From positions 372,001 to 436,000 of the forward strand of contig QPGO01000009.1 in the NCBI GenBank assembly GCA_008632985.1: a DNA stretch of 64,000 nt, in the 5' to 3' direction. This document shows, in pieces, positions 1 through 10,995 of the stretch. Under the pieces are notes generated by a model. The model did no database searches and was not told the DNA's origin. It worked only from the letters and a program-made list of their open reading frames with translations. Origin of the DNA: Psammoneis japonica (Eukaryota). Both the position numbers and the translations under genes were made by a program. Every line of letters starts with the position of its first letter. The first letter of the stretch is position 1.

Positions 1-61
1 CACGCACAAGAGGCTCATGCACGGTCTCGCCGTGTTGTCCAGCAGCGAGGCATGCTGCACA
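1..61 (-). repeat. G1 3' LTR (partial)
   Basis: Near-identical to 4790-4850; starts TGTGCAGCATG on the minus strand. Confidence 0.9.
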
Positions 62-70
62 CTCCCCCAT
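62..70 (-). promoter_or_regulatory. G1 polypurine tract (ATGGGGGAG)
   Basis: Purine run immediately 5' of the 3' LTR on the minus strand. Confidence 0.75.
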
Positions 71-98
71 GATCAGGGCCGTCAAGTGACAGGATGTC

Positions 99-3098
99 TC
101 ACTGGTGATGGGGTGCAATCTGCCGTAGATTGCACGCATCTGTCAGCACTCCGTTCTGGACACGCAACGTGCCGTTGTCACATGCACGGACAACTCTGGC
201 GGGTCTTGCACAGCTGTCAGAACTGCATTTAGAGGATTGTTCCTGTTTGACAAGTGCCAATTGCCCTGCGGCACATTGACACTCCTTGCATTTCTGATTT
301 TCACGCTTGTTGTTTAAGTGGACAAGCTTCTGCTTTCTGGTTTCTATGTGCTTCCACTTGGCATGATGGGCAATGGATGAAACCGCATCGCGTCCGAAGA
401 CCAATTGCACGGGACTTGCACGCGTGGTCGTGTGTGCCACAGCTCTGGCAGCGAAGGCTGCTGCGGAGAGGATGCCACTCCATGGGTCATCTTTGTCCAG
501 TTCCACATCCTGCACTGAAAAGGAACGCACCATGTCACCAAGTGTCTGGTGCACACGTTCCACTGTGGCATTTGCCTGTGGACTCCGCTCACTTGTGGGT
601 TTCTTCAAAATCCCACAGTCATTTTTAATCATCTGGCTGAATTCTGCCACAAATTCTGTCCCACGGTCATGAGCCACCTGGGTTGGCCATGGACATCTGC
701 ATGGCCACGTTTGTTCCACGACGTTTGCTGCGACGTCTGCGCGTTTCGCAGACACTTCTTTAATCTCGAACCACCCGGTTGCTGGGTCAATCATTGTAAC
801 TGCCCACAATTGCAAGGTGTCCTTTCCGCGTCTTTGAATTTTATGTGGCCCTGTCACATCTGTGCACAGAGTCTCCCATGGAATTGTCTCTGCAACCTTT
901 TCTGGTGGCTTCCCATGACGCTGCGTTCGGCGTTTTGTCTTCTGGCATCGACCGCACTTGACGCACGTAGAATGCACCGTAGACCTCACACCAGGCCAAC
1001 AGAAGTGCTGGGCAACAGACATTTCCGTGCGTGTCTCACCTGGATGACACAGTGTCTCGTGGTGCCATTCAGTTAGCGGAACCTGCAATGACTGTGGTGC
1101 TGCGATTTTGTCCTTGTGACAGACCAACTGTCGTGATGACCCTCCCCCACGATGCGCGCGAATGGAGCAGTCGGACAAGTCCTCAGCTCTTGAGAGCAGG
1201 CGCTTGTCCTTTTGTTGTGCTTTTTGAATGCGCTTGAAGCTGACAGGCAGAGACAGCTCATCTTGCGCGTCTGCATTAAAAGCTTCATGCAAAGGACGAC
1301 TCGATGGAGTGTCTTTTGCATCTGGATTAGCTTCGGAAGGCAAGCTGGGTGCCAGTCGAAGGCGACTGAGAGCGTCAGCGACCAGGTCATGGGTGCCCTT
1401 AACACAGCGTGATTCGGGACCGCATTCTTTGCATGTTGACCGCCAGCGCATGACGCGCTCGGCATTGAATGCTTTGCACGTAAGATTTTTATGATCAGTG
1501 TGTGTAATTGTACGATGACCAAGGAGAATCGTTCGAAATTCTTTCAATGTCTCCACAATGGCAAGCAATTCTCTCTCCGTTGTTGCACAATTTAATTGCG
1601 CACTGTTGAGCTTTCTGCTGTAAAAGGCGACAGGTTTGTCATCTTGGGACACAACTGCTCCCAATTGACATTTAGAGGCATCGGCACGCATCTCAAAGGG
1701 TTTGTTAAAATCAGGATGTGATGACAAAACATCTTCCGACATCACCCGTTTAACAGTTTCGAACGCCTCGTCTTCAACGGACGTCCACTGCCACTTAACA
1801 GTCTCGCTTGCGAGTCGTGTCAGTGGAGCCAAGACTTCAGAACGTCTAATCCATGTGTCGCGGCAGCAGTTCACCATGCCAACAAATGAACATAGGTCGC
1901 GTTCATTGGCTGGGGTCGCGATTCGCTCAATGGCGTCGACTTTGTTGGGTGTTGGTCGCATTCCGTCTCTGTTGACCAGATGACCCAAGTGTTCTAATTG
2001 GGTTTGACAGAAGTGAGACTTGGTTGCGTTAACTTTTAGTCCTGCTTTCTGGACCCTCAACAAAACTTCTTCAAGTTTGTTGAGGTGATCTTCACAGGTG
2101 CCTTTCGTCACGATGAGAAGGTCATCCAAGTGCGTTCGAACGAACGACAGATCTTCAAACAAGCATGACATGCGTTCTTGGAAAATGTCTGGCGAGTTGC
2201 ATGATCCCATGGGCAACACCTGCATCTCATGCTTGCCCCACGGGAAGATGAGCGTGCAGAGCTTCTTGTTGTCAGCATCCAATCGGATGTGACAACAGCC
2301 CATGTTTAAATCCAGTGATGTAGCCCACACAAAGCCTTCGAGCTTAAGTGGCATGTCTTGGATGTGAGGAATCGGACAAGGCAATCGCTTGATCCGTTTG
2401 TTCAGCTCTCTGAAATCATTGACAAAGCGCACCGTCAAATCTTTCTTCGGCATGACAAATGATGGAGCTGCCCATTGGGATCGGTTGACGCATTTGAGAA
2501 CACCGACACGTGCCAGGCGTTCTACTTCTTTGCGCAGCGCAGCTTCGCACGCACGAGGCACTTTGTGCGGACGAGCGTGGTGTGGTTCTACACCCTCCTT
2601 GAGTTGGACATGGCAGGGTTCTCCCTTCCATTCTCCTGATGTCCCATCAAATGAGGACTCATGGCGTTTCAACAGTGCCAAAAGGTCGTTTTGTTGAACT
2701 GCAGAAAGTCCCGTTGCCCCTCGCGTCATGTCCTCGAGGCAGGCCGGCGCGCACTTGGCATCTGAAGTGCGCAAAATCCGGTCGGTTTCCGAAGACAAGG
2801 CTTCTGGATCTTGAAGATAGAAGGAGGTTTCCACCGTAGCATCTGCGTGCCTCATTGGCACTTCTCCATTGACCAATGGCCACTCCATCATCTGTTCAGA
2901 GAAGACAACATCAATGCCTTGCGTCTCCAGAATGTCACGTCCAACAATCACATCGCACTTGCCCAACTTTCCGTTGTGCACGTGGACGGCATGCTCAAGT
3001 TCTGCAGTTTCGGATAATTCTGGCAACCGAAATTTAACGGTGCAGTCGTTGGACGCACCAAACGAGCCTGCCACCGTAGTCCAGTTTGTCTCAGCCAT
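99..3098 (-). pseudogene. pol: G1 pol (protease C-terminal part, RT, RNase H, integrase); open frame but missense-ruined
   Basis: Motifs WAAPSF, DFRELN, LDLNMG, HLDD (for YxDD), DASK, ERELLAIVE, TDHKNL, HPG..RT, C..C, DRGTEF, ERVHQ; only 2 Tyr seen in 999 aa. Confidence 0.93.
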
Positions 3099-3107
3099 TG
3101 AATGGCT

Positions 3108-4355
3108 TCACAGACGTTTGCAGTGTCGACTGTCGAGCAGAGCACTGCTGGCACCACTGTCCAGCAGTGCCTCAACAGTTTGAGTCTTGCCCTTGCCATG
3201 TTTGGCATTCACAGCCACAAACAAGATTGGAGCAAGATGAGTCTTTTTAACTCGTTTGTGGGATTGGCCTGCAACACGTGTACGATGGCAATTCAGTTGT
3301 TCATTGACACATTCATCCAATGTGTTAAAGCTGCCTGCATTGTGTCGGCAAGTGTCCGAGTTTTCGGAATCACTTGAACTGAGGTCGCGGAAGTGACTGG
3401 TTTCCTCCTCGCGTGCCTTGCGCTTTTTCTGAGCGTTGGCAAAGAACTCCTCGACCTTCGATCCGATGAGAGCATTGATGTCTTCCTCATTCCGAGGTTT
3501 TGTGCCAGGCTCGCTGCCTTCGTTGCTGGAATGTCCAGTCTTGACACGTTTCACGTGGGTGTTCGGTTGGGTCGTGATCAATGACTCAGAATTGTCCGTT
3601 CTACGTCCCCGCTTGCGTGGGACCCTGGCATGTTGGTCGCGGTTACCTTCGGCAAGCTCGACCTGCTTGGTGCGCTCGCAGAACTGTGCAAATTCGGCGA
3701 CAGTGTGCGCCAACGGGTCAAAATTCTGCAGCGTCATGAACTTCTGCCATGCGTTCGGCACACCGCACTCGAACACATCGCACAGTTCGTCATTGGGCAA
3801 TGGTGCTGGTGTTTCTCCATCCTTCGTCACGGGTGGAAACTGAGAGACACAGCCGTTAATTTCAACAGCCCTCGCGACGCAGTCACGAGCAGAAACCTCT
3901 GCGGGCTTGCGCGTGAAGCGCCTCAGATGACGCTTCTGCAATGGTGCTGCCCCATGAGGGAAGATGCTTTCCTTTAGCTTCGCGACGCACACTGCGTGCG
4001 CAGCGTTGGTTTGGGATGCCTGCTTGTCAGCGGCATTGTCAAATGACGTCAGAGCATCGCCCTGCAGCAGGTCACGCATGAGGGCAAATTTCGCTGGCCC
4101 GGTCGTGATGTTTTGTCCTTTGTGCACGCGATCCACATTGCGCAGAAAGATTGGGAGTGTCTCGCATGTAGCCGTGGAAAGGTGCGGAATGCCCATCTCG
4201 TGCGTTGGACTGTCCGGATCAGTGGGGTTGTCATGCAGCTTGAACGTCTGGTGCTCGCCCTGCTGCAGCTCTTTCTTCTCCGGCCATGTGAACGGAATCG
4301 GCGGCTCAACCCGCTTCTTCATGGTCGTTTTAAGATTTGTCGGTCCCACCAACAT
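3108..4355 (-). pseudogene. gag: G1 gag plus N-terminal protease
   Basis: LLQGDAL and QKRHLRR match G2 gag; LLDSGAS protease motif; same frame as pol, separated by a single TGA at 3108-3110; no Tyr in 415 aa. Confidence 0.88.
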
Positions 4356-4421
4356 TTCGTAGTTTCGTTTCTGTAGATTTCGTCACCTTGCACAACATGC
4401 GGGAGCAACATTGCTGTGCCC

Positions 4422-4850
4422 TGTGCATGCACCAGGCGCTGAAAAAGAAGATGTGTTACGACTTTGTCGTTGTGAAAATTGTGAGCCAGTTTAGAGTAGA
4501 GAAAGTGGGATCGTGCGAATGGGGAATCTTGCCAAATCCCCATTCGTTCGCATTTGGATCGTGTCAAATCGATCGTGCGTTTGCATTGTGGATCGTGCGA
4601 ATCAAGCCATCATGCGCCATGCACGAGTGATGTCATCGTGTGGAATCACGCTGCCATCGTGGGCCAGACGACGGGCTAGTGTGCTTCACACGGACGCTCT
4701 CTTGGCATCCTTCTGGAATTGCCTGAGACCTAGAGCCACGCCCTCCTGTGGTCGTGCTTCCCAGGTGCGTGTTGACAATGCTGCGTTGCCACGTACAAGA
4801 GGCTCATGCACGGTCTCGCCGTGTTGTCCAGTGGCGAGGCATGCTGCACA
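4422..4850 (-). repeat. G1 5' LTR (~429 bp)
   Basis: Right end fixed by match to 1-61. Left end inferred from the TGTGCA...TGCACA terminal inverted repeat and from a 14-bp motif sitting the same distance from the LTR end as in G2. Confidence 0.75.
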
Positions 4851-6200
4851 TGGCTTGTGTGCCAAGCATGCCACATCTCATGGGCACATGTGCCCCCTTG
4901 ATTTTGGTTGCACTCAAAAATCCTGTGCTGTTGGTTGCATTCAATCAGGGTGCCACCCAGAACAGCCAGTTGTGAAATGGCATAATGACCACCTTTGCTC
5001 AAAACCCATGCACCACAGGCAATGCAAGCAGCCTTTTCCAAATGCTTTGCCGCTGGAGGGATGCACTCTCTGCTGTTGAAATGCTTCAAATGGGGGCAGA
5101 ACTCTCCAGCTGGAAGCAACTGTTGTGCAAACTAACTGCTTTTAAACTGCTTGGTGCACTGCCAATGCCCCACTGCAAACAACAACAGAGCACTCAGTCT
5201 CAGTCATTTTGTGGCACAGCCAGTTTCCAGTCACACTGCCAACCATGCTTGATTGGTGCTTGATCATCTTGTCAATGGCACGTGGCAGTTTGACACTTCA
5301 CACTTCCACAATGCTGATGCATGGGGCCACACCTTCCTCCCTTTGTTTGTTGCAGATCTCAGGTGGTGTTGCAATCATGCAATCACTTGCTCAAGGATGG
5401 TGTGCACATTTGGCCCTGCCTTTCAGTGCATCAACAGATGGTCCCCAAATGTCCACCATCCTGTCCACATCCTCTGGCACAATGGACAGATTCTTCACCT
5501 GATTGGAATGCAGGAGTCACTTGAAGTCCCCAACACTGGGTGTTCCAGCTTTGCAATGCAGCCCAAGTGCCAGCTTGGCATTTGTCACCTCCCTCTTGGA
5601 GTGACCCATGATGTTGTGCTTCACAGTTGGGAGAATGGCTCTCGATGCACTCTTGTGCTTCTTGCTTGTGTTCTTGGTGTGTTCTTTTTGAGCAGCATGC
5701 CAACTCTTGACTCTGCTCTTTGCAGACCCTTGACATGATTGAAGAAGTTCTGGCTGGGTGCAAGCATGCATGGCCCAATGTCATTTGCTTTAAATGCAAC
5801 AACTTGCTTGCCGCTCTTCTTGTCCAGTGGTTGGAACTCATCCACCACTCATTCTTTGGGCTTGGGATGTTTGCCTTTGCATGTTTTGATCCTGACTTCA
5901 CATCGCCCCATCCTGGCATGGTGCAATCCTCATCCAGGGTGTCCACTCCTGCACCCATGGACAGGTCAATCTTGATTTTTGCAGGCTGCACATTGTGCAC
6001 CAACCTCCAGCTTGCTGCCATCCTGAGGGTGGAACCATTGTCAAGAATGACCTCATTGGTCTCAATGCCCACACTGCTTGGTCTAGCTCATGCTTGTCTC
6101 TGGTCATTCATTGACTGGTTGCAACCCATGCCAAGCAGCTCCCCTCCTGCTCCGGGTCAAACAGTTTGATCTTTTTGATCTTTTGGCATTGATGCTCACA
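4851..6200 (-). mobile_element. Degenerate Ty1/Copia (CoDi-like) protease / pre-integrase remnant; may extend to ~7500
   Basis: VILDNGST protease-like motif; PTVKHNIMGHSKREV..AK..L...AG.PSVGDFK and EDVD...DIWGPSVDALKG resemble diatom Copia pre-integrase; depleted of both TpA and CpG. Confidence 0.7.
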
Positions 6201-7968
6201 CCATTGTCCACTGAAGAGTGACCATTGTCACTGCTGTGTCTCTTGTTTGTGTGTGACTTTGTCCCCACATGTCTGGCTTTCTTCTGGTCTGCAGATTTTC
6301 CTCTTGATGTCTTTGTGTGTTGCACTGCATGTGCTGCTGTTCCAGGTTGAAGGATGGAAATTCATCTCATGTTGGAAGAACTTGTTCTTGGTGTGGCCTT
6401 TGTCACCTCTTCCATGATGACCCTTGTGCTGGTCACAGCATCTTGCTTGCCTTCCACATTCTCTGCCACTCACAGTGCAGGTGTTGATGATCTCATGGTC
6501 TTCCAATGAAATTGCATGCTGTCACAAGAAGCAAATGGCTGCATGGAGTGAGCATTGAACTGGCAAGTCAATGTTGCCAAAAGGGAACCCCACAAGGCAT
6601 CCTGTGCTGCTTGTTGCACTTGCCTCAGTTGCTGTGTTGGCTGTGGTTTGCCTCAACATCAAATGTTGTGTGCACACTGCACAGATTGTTGAGTGTTGAT
6701 GGATGCCACTTGTCACTTTCAACAAACCAGATGATTCACTCTAAAGAGAGAGCAAAAAATGTTGGTGAGATTGCAACTGATGACAGAGAAGATCCTCTGA
6801 AGAACAGTCATGAACTTGCCACATCAGTGCTCAAAAGACACAACTTCATTTTGGGTCACATGTGGTGCCCCTCAAGCTGGATGCTCCAACAGGCATGTCC
6901 GGCCAGGGGATGACAGCACCTGCTTGTAAATGCAAGAACATGTGATGCTGCTTTCTCAGCGCAACCTCCTGTCAAGCCAATCCAAATAAAATTGAGAGCC
7001 TGAGATGCAAAGAGGGGCTTTGTGTGGTGAATGCATGCCAAGAAAGCTGCAGCCAGAGTTGCAGACATGCCACGCATGGTCAAACTTGGTTGAGATAAAA
7101 AGTGTGCAAAATGTCATCCTTGACAGAGCTCAATGTGCCTTGTACCACCATGCACAGCACTTGTTGCAGACAAGCCATTCTGGTGCCAGAGAAAGAAAGA
7201 GGAGAGCACCACAGATGTTTTGTGAGGAGATTGAGAGAGTGTGTCAAACAAGGAGCTCTGGGAAGAATCTGATGGACAACGTCTTTCTTCTCATGATGGA
7301 TGATCAGATGTCATTGAGGAAGTGACAGCAGAGCTCCAAGTTTCCTGAGTTCATCTGGATGTTTTTGAGCTGGCCTTAAAAAAAGGGCAGCAGAGGTTGG
7401 CTTCAACAAAGGCAAGATGTCCTCTTTGATGACATCTGAAGTTTGTCAGAGTCAATCTTGCCACTCTCCAGTTGATGAATCACTGTGAGATCTTTTTGCA
7501 TGCAAGGTCAGATTTGCTGCACATGCCACTCAAAGCAGCATGTTTGGCACCAAGATGATCTGTCTTGGCAAGGGTCTGCAGATTTGCTTCAGCCACTCTG
7601 CAAACACACAAGGCTGCAATCAAGAAGTCAAAATTGTGCCCTGGCCAGTTGATGACAATGGCGCTGCTCTCAAGAGTTTGGGTTTGTGCTTGACACTGCT
7701 TTCAAGAAGTTTTTGTGAAAGAGTCGGGTGGCATCATTTGGAGTCATGTCTGGGCCTTGCTGCTGCAGGCCCTTTTGGAAATTCAACAAGACAGCAAAAA
7801 TGCACATGGGAGGCTGGACACAGCAAACAAAGAAAAACTGATGTGCAATGTGATGCCCAATGATTCACTCCTTTGCTTGGTGAAAATTGCATTGAATGTG
7901 TGCTGTTGATTCTGACTTGTGTGTGCAAGGACCATCTCAACTCAAGGAGGAGACAGCAGGAGAAGCAA

Positions 7969-8037
7969 CTGTTGTTGTTGTTGTTGTTGTTGCTGCTGCT
8001 GCTGCTGTTGTTGCTGCTGTTGCTCCTGCTGTTGCTG
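7969..8037. repeat. (GTT/GCT)n trinucleotide microsatellite
   Basis: Directly visible. Confidence 0.9.
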
Positions 8038-9104
8038 CCAGCAAGCAGGATTTTTTGTGTGTCCTCAGAGGAAGTCTGTTGTGTTCTGATGTCACAGCCA
8101 TTGTGAATGAGCTTGAATTCTGCATTTTTTTATTTTTTTGTTTTTCATGATGATTCAAGGCTCAGTTGATTGTGTCAACCAAGCAAGACACACTGCTGGC
8201 ACCTCAAGAAGAAACACGTGCAGCTTCCACTGCACCACAATGCCAACTTCTTGGGACAAATCCTTCACTTCATGCAATTGTTCAGTGTCCATGCAAGTGA
8301 CAAACACTCGGTGGGTACAAAAATGATTTGTGTTCTGTGTGGCACATGGCTGCTCTTTGCAGCCAGTTGCGTTCTTGTTGCCAAGGGCAGTTGAAGGACA
8401 GAAAACTGCATCGGCAGATTTCAGTTGCATTCCCTCCATTGAGAACAGCACAAGTTTGGCAGAACAATGCGGTCAACCTGACTCAAGCTTTTGTTGCTTT
8501 TGTGTCAATCAACATGAATTGAGCAATGGCAAATCTGCAGTGATTGACACAAACAATGAAACATCTGGTGTGTGTGTGTGCGTGAGACCAAGTTTTACAG
8601 GTTTGCTGCTCATGTCAAAGAGACACCCAGTGTGAGAAAAGCAGCACCCAAGCTTTCTTGGGGTGGATCAGCTGAAAGAGACTGCAACAGCAGGGAGAAA
8701 GATGGGAACACCCTGGACCAGCTGGCATGCCTTGTGAGATCACTTTTCCTCCAGATGATCTGAGCATTTGGTGTTTGCCAACAACTGCTGCTGGTGTGCA
8801 TCACAGTGTGCAGATTCAGCAAGTGAGCAGTTTGGCTCCAGCCAATTGCTGTGCTCTCACTCCATTCAAATCTCCATGATGTTTCACCAAGTGCAATTTT
8901 TTTGCAAATTTCACTTGCAAAATTCAACGCTGGACAATGCTGAAGTGGCAGTTGTGTGCTGGCTGCATGAGCTCACTCAAATTTGCATGAGGTGAAAAGG
9001 TGGCAGTGTTGTCAGCACTTTCGAGCTGCTGTGGTGCACCACACATCATGTCTTTTTCACACAACAACACAGATGAGAGCACTGAGGACAAAAACTGCAA
9101 GTGA

Positions 9105-9855
9105 GTGGCCTGTTTTGCTTGGACTTTAGGAGATGTTTGCGCATGCTTGGCACACAGTTGGCCTTGAAGCAGCAGCAACATTGGTGCCAGAAACTTGGAC
9201 AGGCAACAGCAGCTGCATTGGTGGCATCTCCAACTTTTTTGCTTGTGCCATGGAAAATTGGATTAGAGCATTTGACAGAGCTGAGTGTGATGGTGATGAT
9301 GACAGTGGGCTGCTCAGAGTGACAACTTGCACCTGCTGTCAAATCTATGGATGTGCAAATGGCATGCCACCATGTGACATGGGCCCACCACTCTGGGCGC
9401 TGGAGGCAACAGCAGTGCTTTGAGCTCTTTCTTACAACAAAAGAAGCAAGAGAATGGCCCATTTTGAGTGAACTTTAGAGGCTTTGTTTGTGCATCTTGG
9501 CACACAGCTGTCCTTGAAATGACAGAAACATCAGCACCAGAGATTTGGACAGGCAACAAGCAGCAGCCTGCAGCCACATTGGCAGCATCTGCAACTGTGT
9601 GGCTTGCAACATGGAAAAATGGAATGGAGCATTGGCAGAGCCAAGTGTGGTGGTGATGATGGCAGCCAGCCAGCTCAAGTTGCTCACAGTGATTTGCATC
9701 TGTTGTCAAATTGTGAATGTGCAAATGGTGCACCGCAATGCATCCTTCCCCACAAGTCTTCTGCAGCTGCTCAGCAATGACTCACAACACACCTGAGGTT
9801 TGGACTGGTCCACTCTGGGTGTTGGAGGCAACAGCAGTGCTTTGTGCTCATTTTT
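9105..9855. repeat. Diverged tandem duplication, 2 copies of ~350-400 bp
   Basis: Shared blocks cttggcacacag, ttggacaggcaaca and ccactctggg..ggaggcaacagcagtgctttg in both copies. Confidence 0.8.
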
Positions 9856-10995
9856 TGTGTGCTGGGCTGATTTGAGCCTCAACAGCATGGTCCAATGATG
9901 CCACTGTGAACATGTCTTGAATGGCACATTGTTTGCTTGCATTTTTGTGGATGTTGCCCAGCAACAGTGGCTGTGTGGAGATTTGCAAAATCGCAGATGA
10001 CGCGAAGATCTTCAAATGCACACTTTGGCAGAACAGCAGCACCCCAACCAAGTCAAAGACTCAGCAGAAGATTTGGTTGGAGCAAAAAGAACTGGACCAA
10101 AATGGTTGCTTGTCTGTCAACGAGCACCTGCAATGACGAACAAGAGGGCCAAGACAAGAGACAAGAGGCTGACTGTGATGATTGCACGTGTTGTGGCTGC
10201 AAAAGCAGGGCTGTTTCTAAAGAAACTGTGCTTTGGGAAGCAATGTTTCCATTGGTCAAAATGGAGCCTTGCCAGTGCTGGCCAACACTCTTGCAGGCAG
10301 AGCGTGATGTGGAGATTGCTGTGGCTTGAGTTTTTGGACAAACAGTGCAGTGGCTGGCAGGAGGGTCAGGGCGTGCTCTCTTTGTCATCACCTTGACCAG
10401 TGACAGCAACCACAAGGGGGCAGGTTTGACTTGCTCAGGTCATGTGTGGCCACTTCATGAGACAGGGTGTGGCTTTGTCCCAATGAGGATGTGCCCCCTC
10501 CTGCACTTGGGCGAAGCAGGAGGATCTTGTTTTGCCAAGTTGAAATTTGTTTGGTTGCGGCAGCAAGAATGGGAAAGAGTGCTGGAGCTGCACTGGCTTG
10601 ACATCTGCCATGCGTCGTGCAGCTGTTGCAACTGACTCTAGCTGCTAGAGATGTCAGCAATGGAAATTGGTTGCAATGGCGGAAACAGCACCCCATCGGA
10701 AGCGCGATGTTCCTTGCCTGGTGGTGGTGAGAAACAAAAAAATCAAAATGCAAAGCTTCAGCATCATATAAAATCAAAACTGACAAAGCTGATTGAAATT
10801 TGAAAGAACGAATAAGATTTTGCAATGAGCGTCTGAGTTTTCGTGCGGACTTTTACCTACTGTACGGACAGTGTGTGTTGTTGTGAACAACGACCACTTT
10901 GGCTTCCTTCGGCGCAACCAAGACGACGGCAGCCTTTACAAACGCGAAGTCTCCGTATCTAGACCGGTTCCACTGAACTTGTAGCTGAATGAATC

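Larger units (their letters stand above)
1..4850 (-). mobile_element. Ty3/Gypsy LTR retrotransposon (element G1), TpA-hypermutated; 3' LTR truncated by window edge
   Basis: Domain order gag-PR-RT-RNaseH-IN on the minus strand; positions 1-61 repeat 4790-4850; polypurine tract next to the 3' LTR. Confidence 0.95.

Noticed and set aside
99..4355. Alternative genetic code (TGY/CAY read as Tyr)
   Set aside because: Neighbouring genes and the G2 core use TAY at conserved Tyr; non-coding LTRs and Leu/Ile/Val codons change in the same way.
1..10760. Classical RIP or CpG deamination as the sole cause of the TG/CA richness
   Set aside because: Both are C>T and cannot turn TAY into TGY/CAY; CpG is still abundant in G1.
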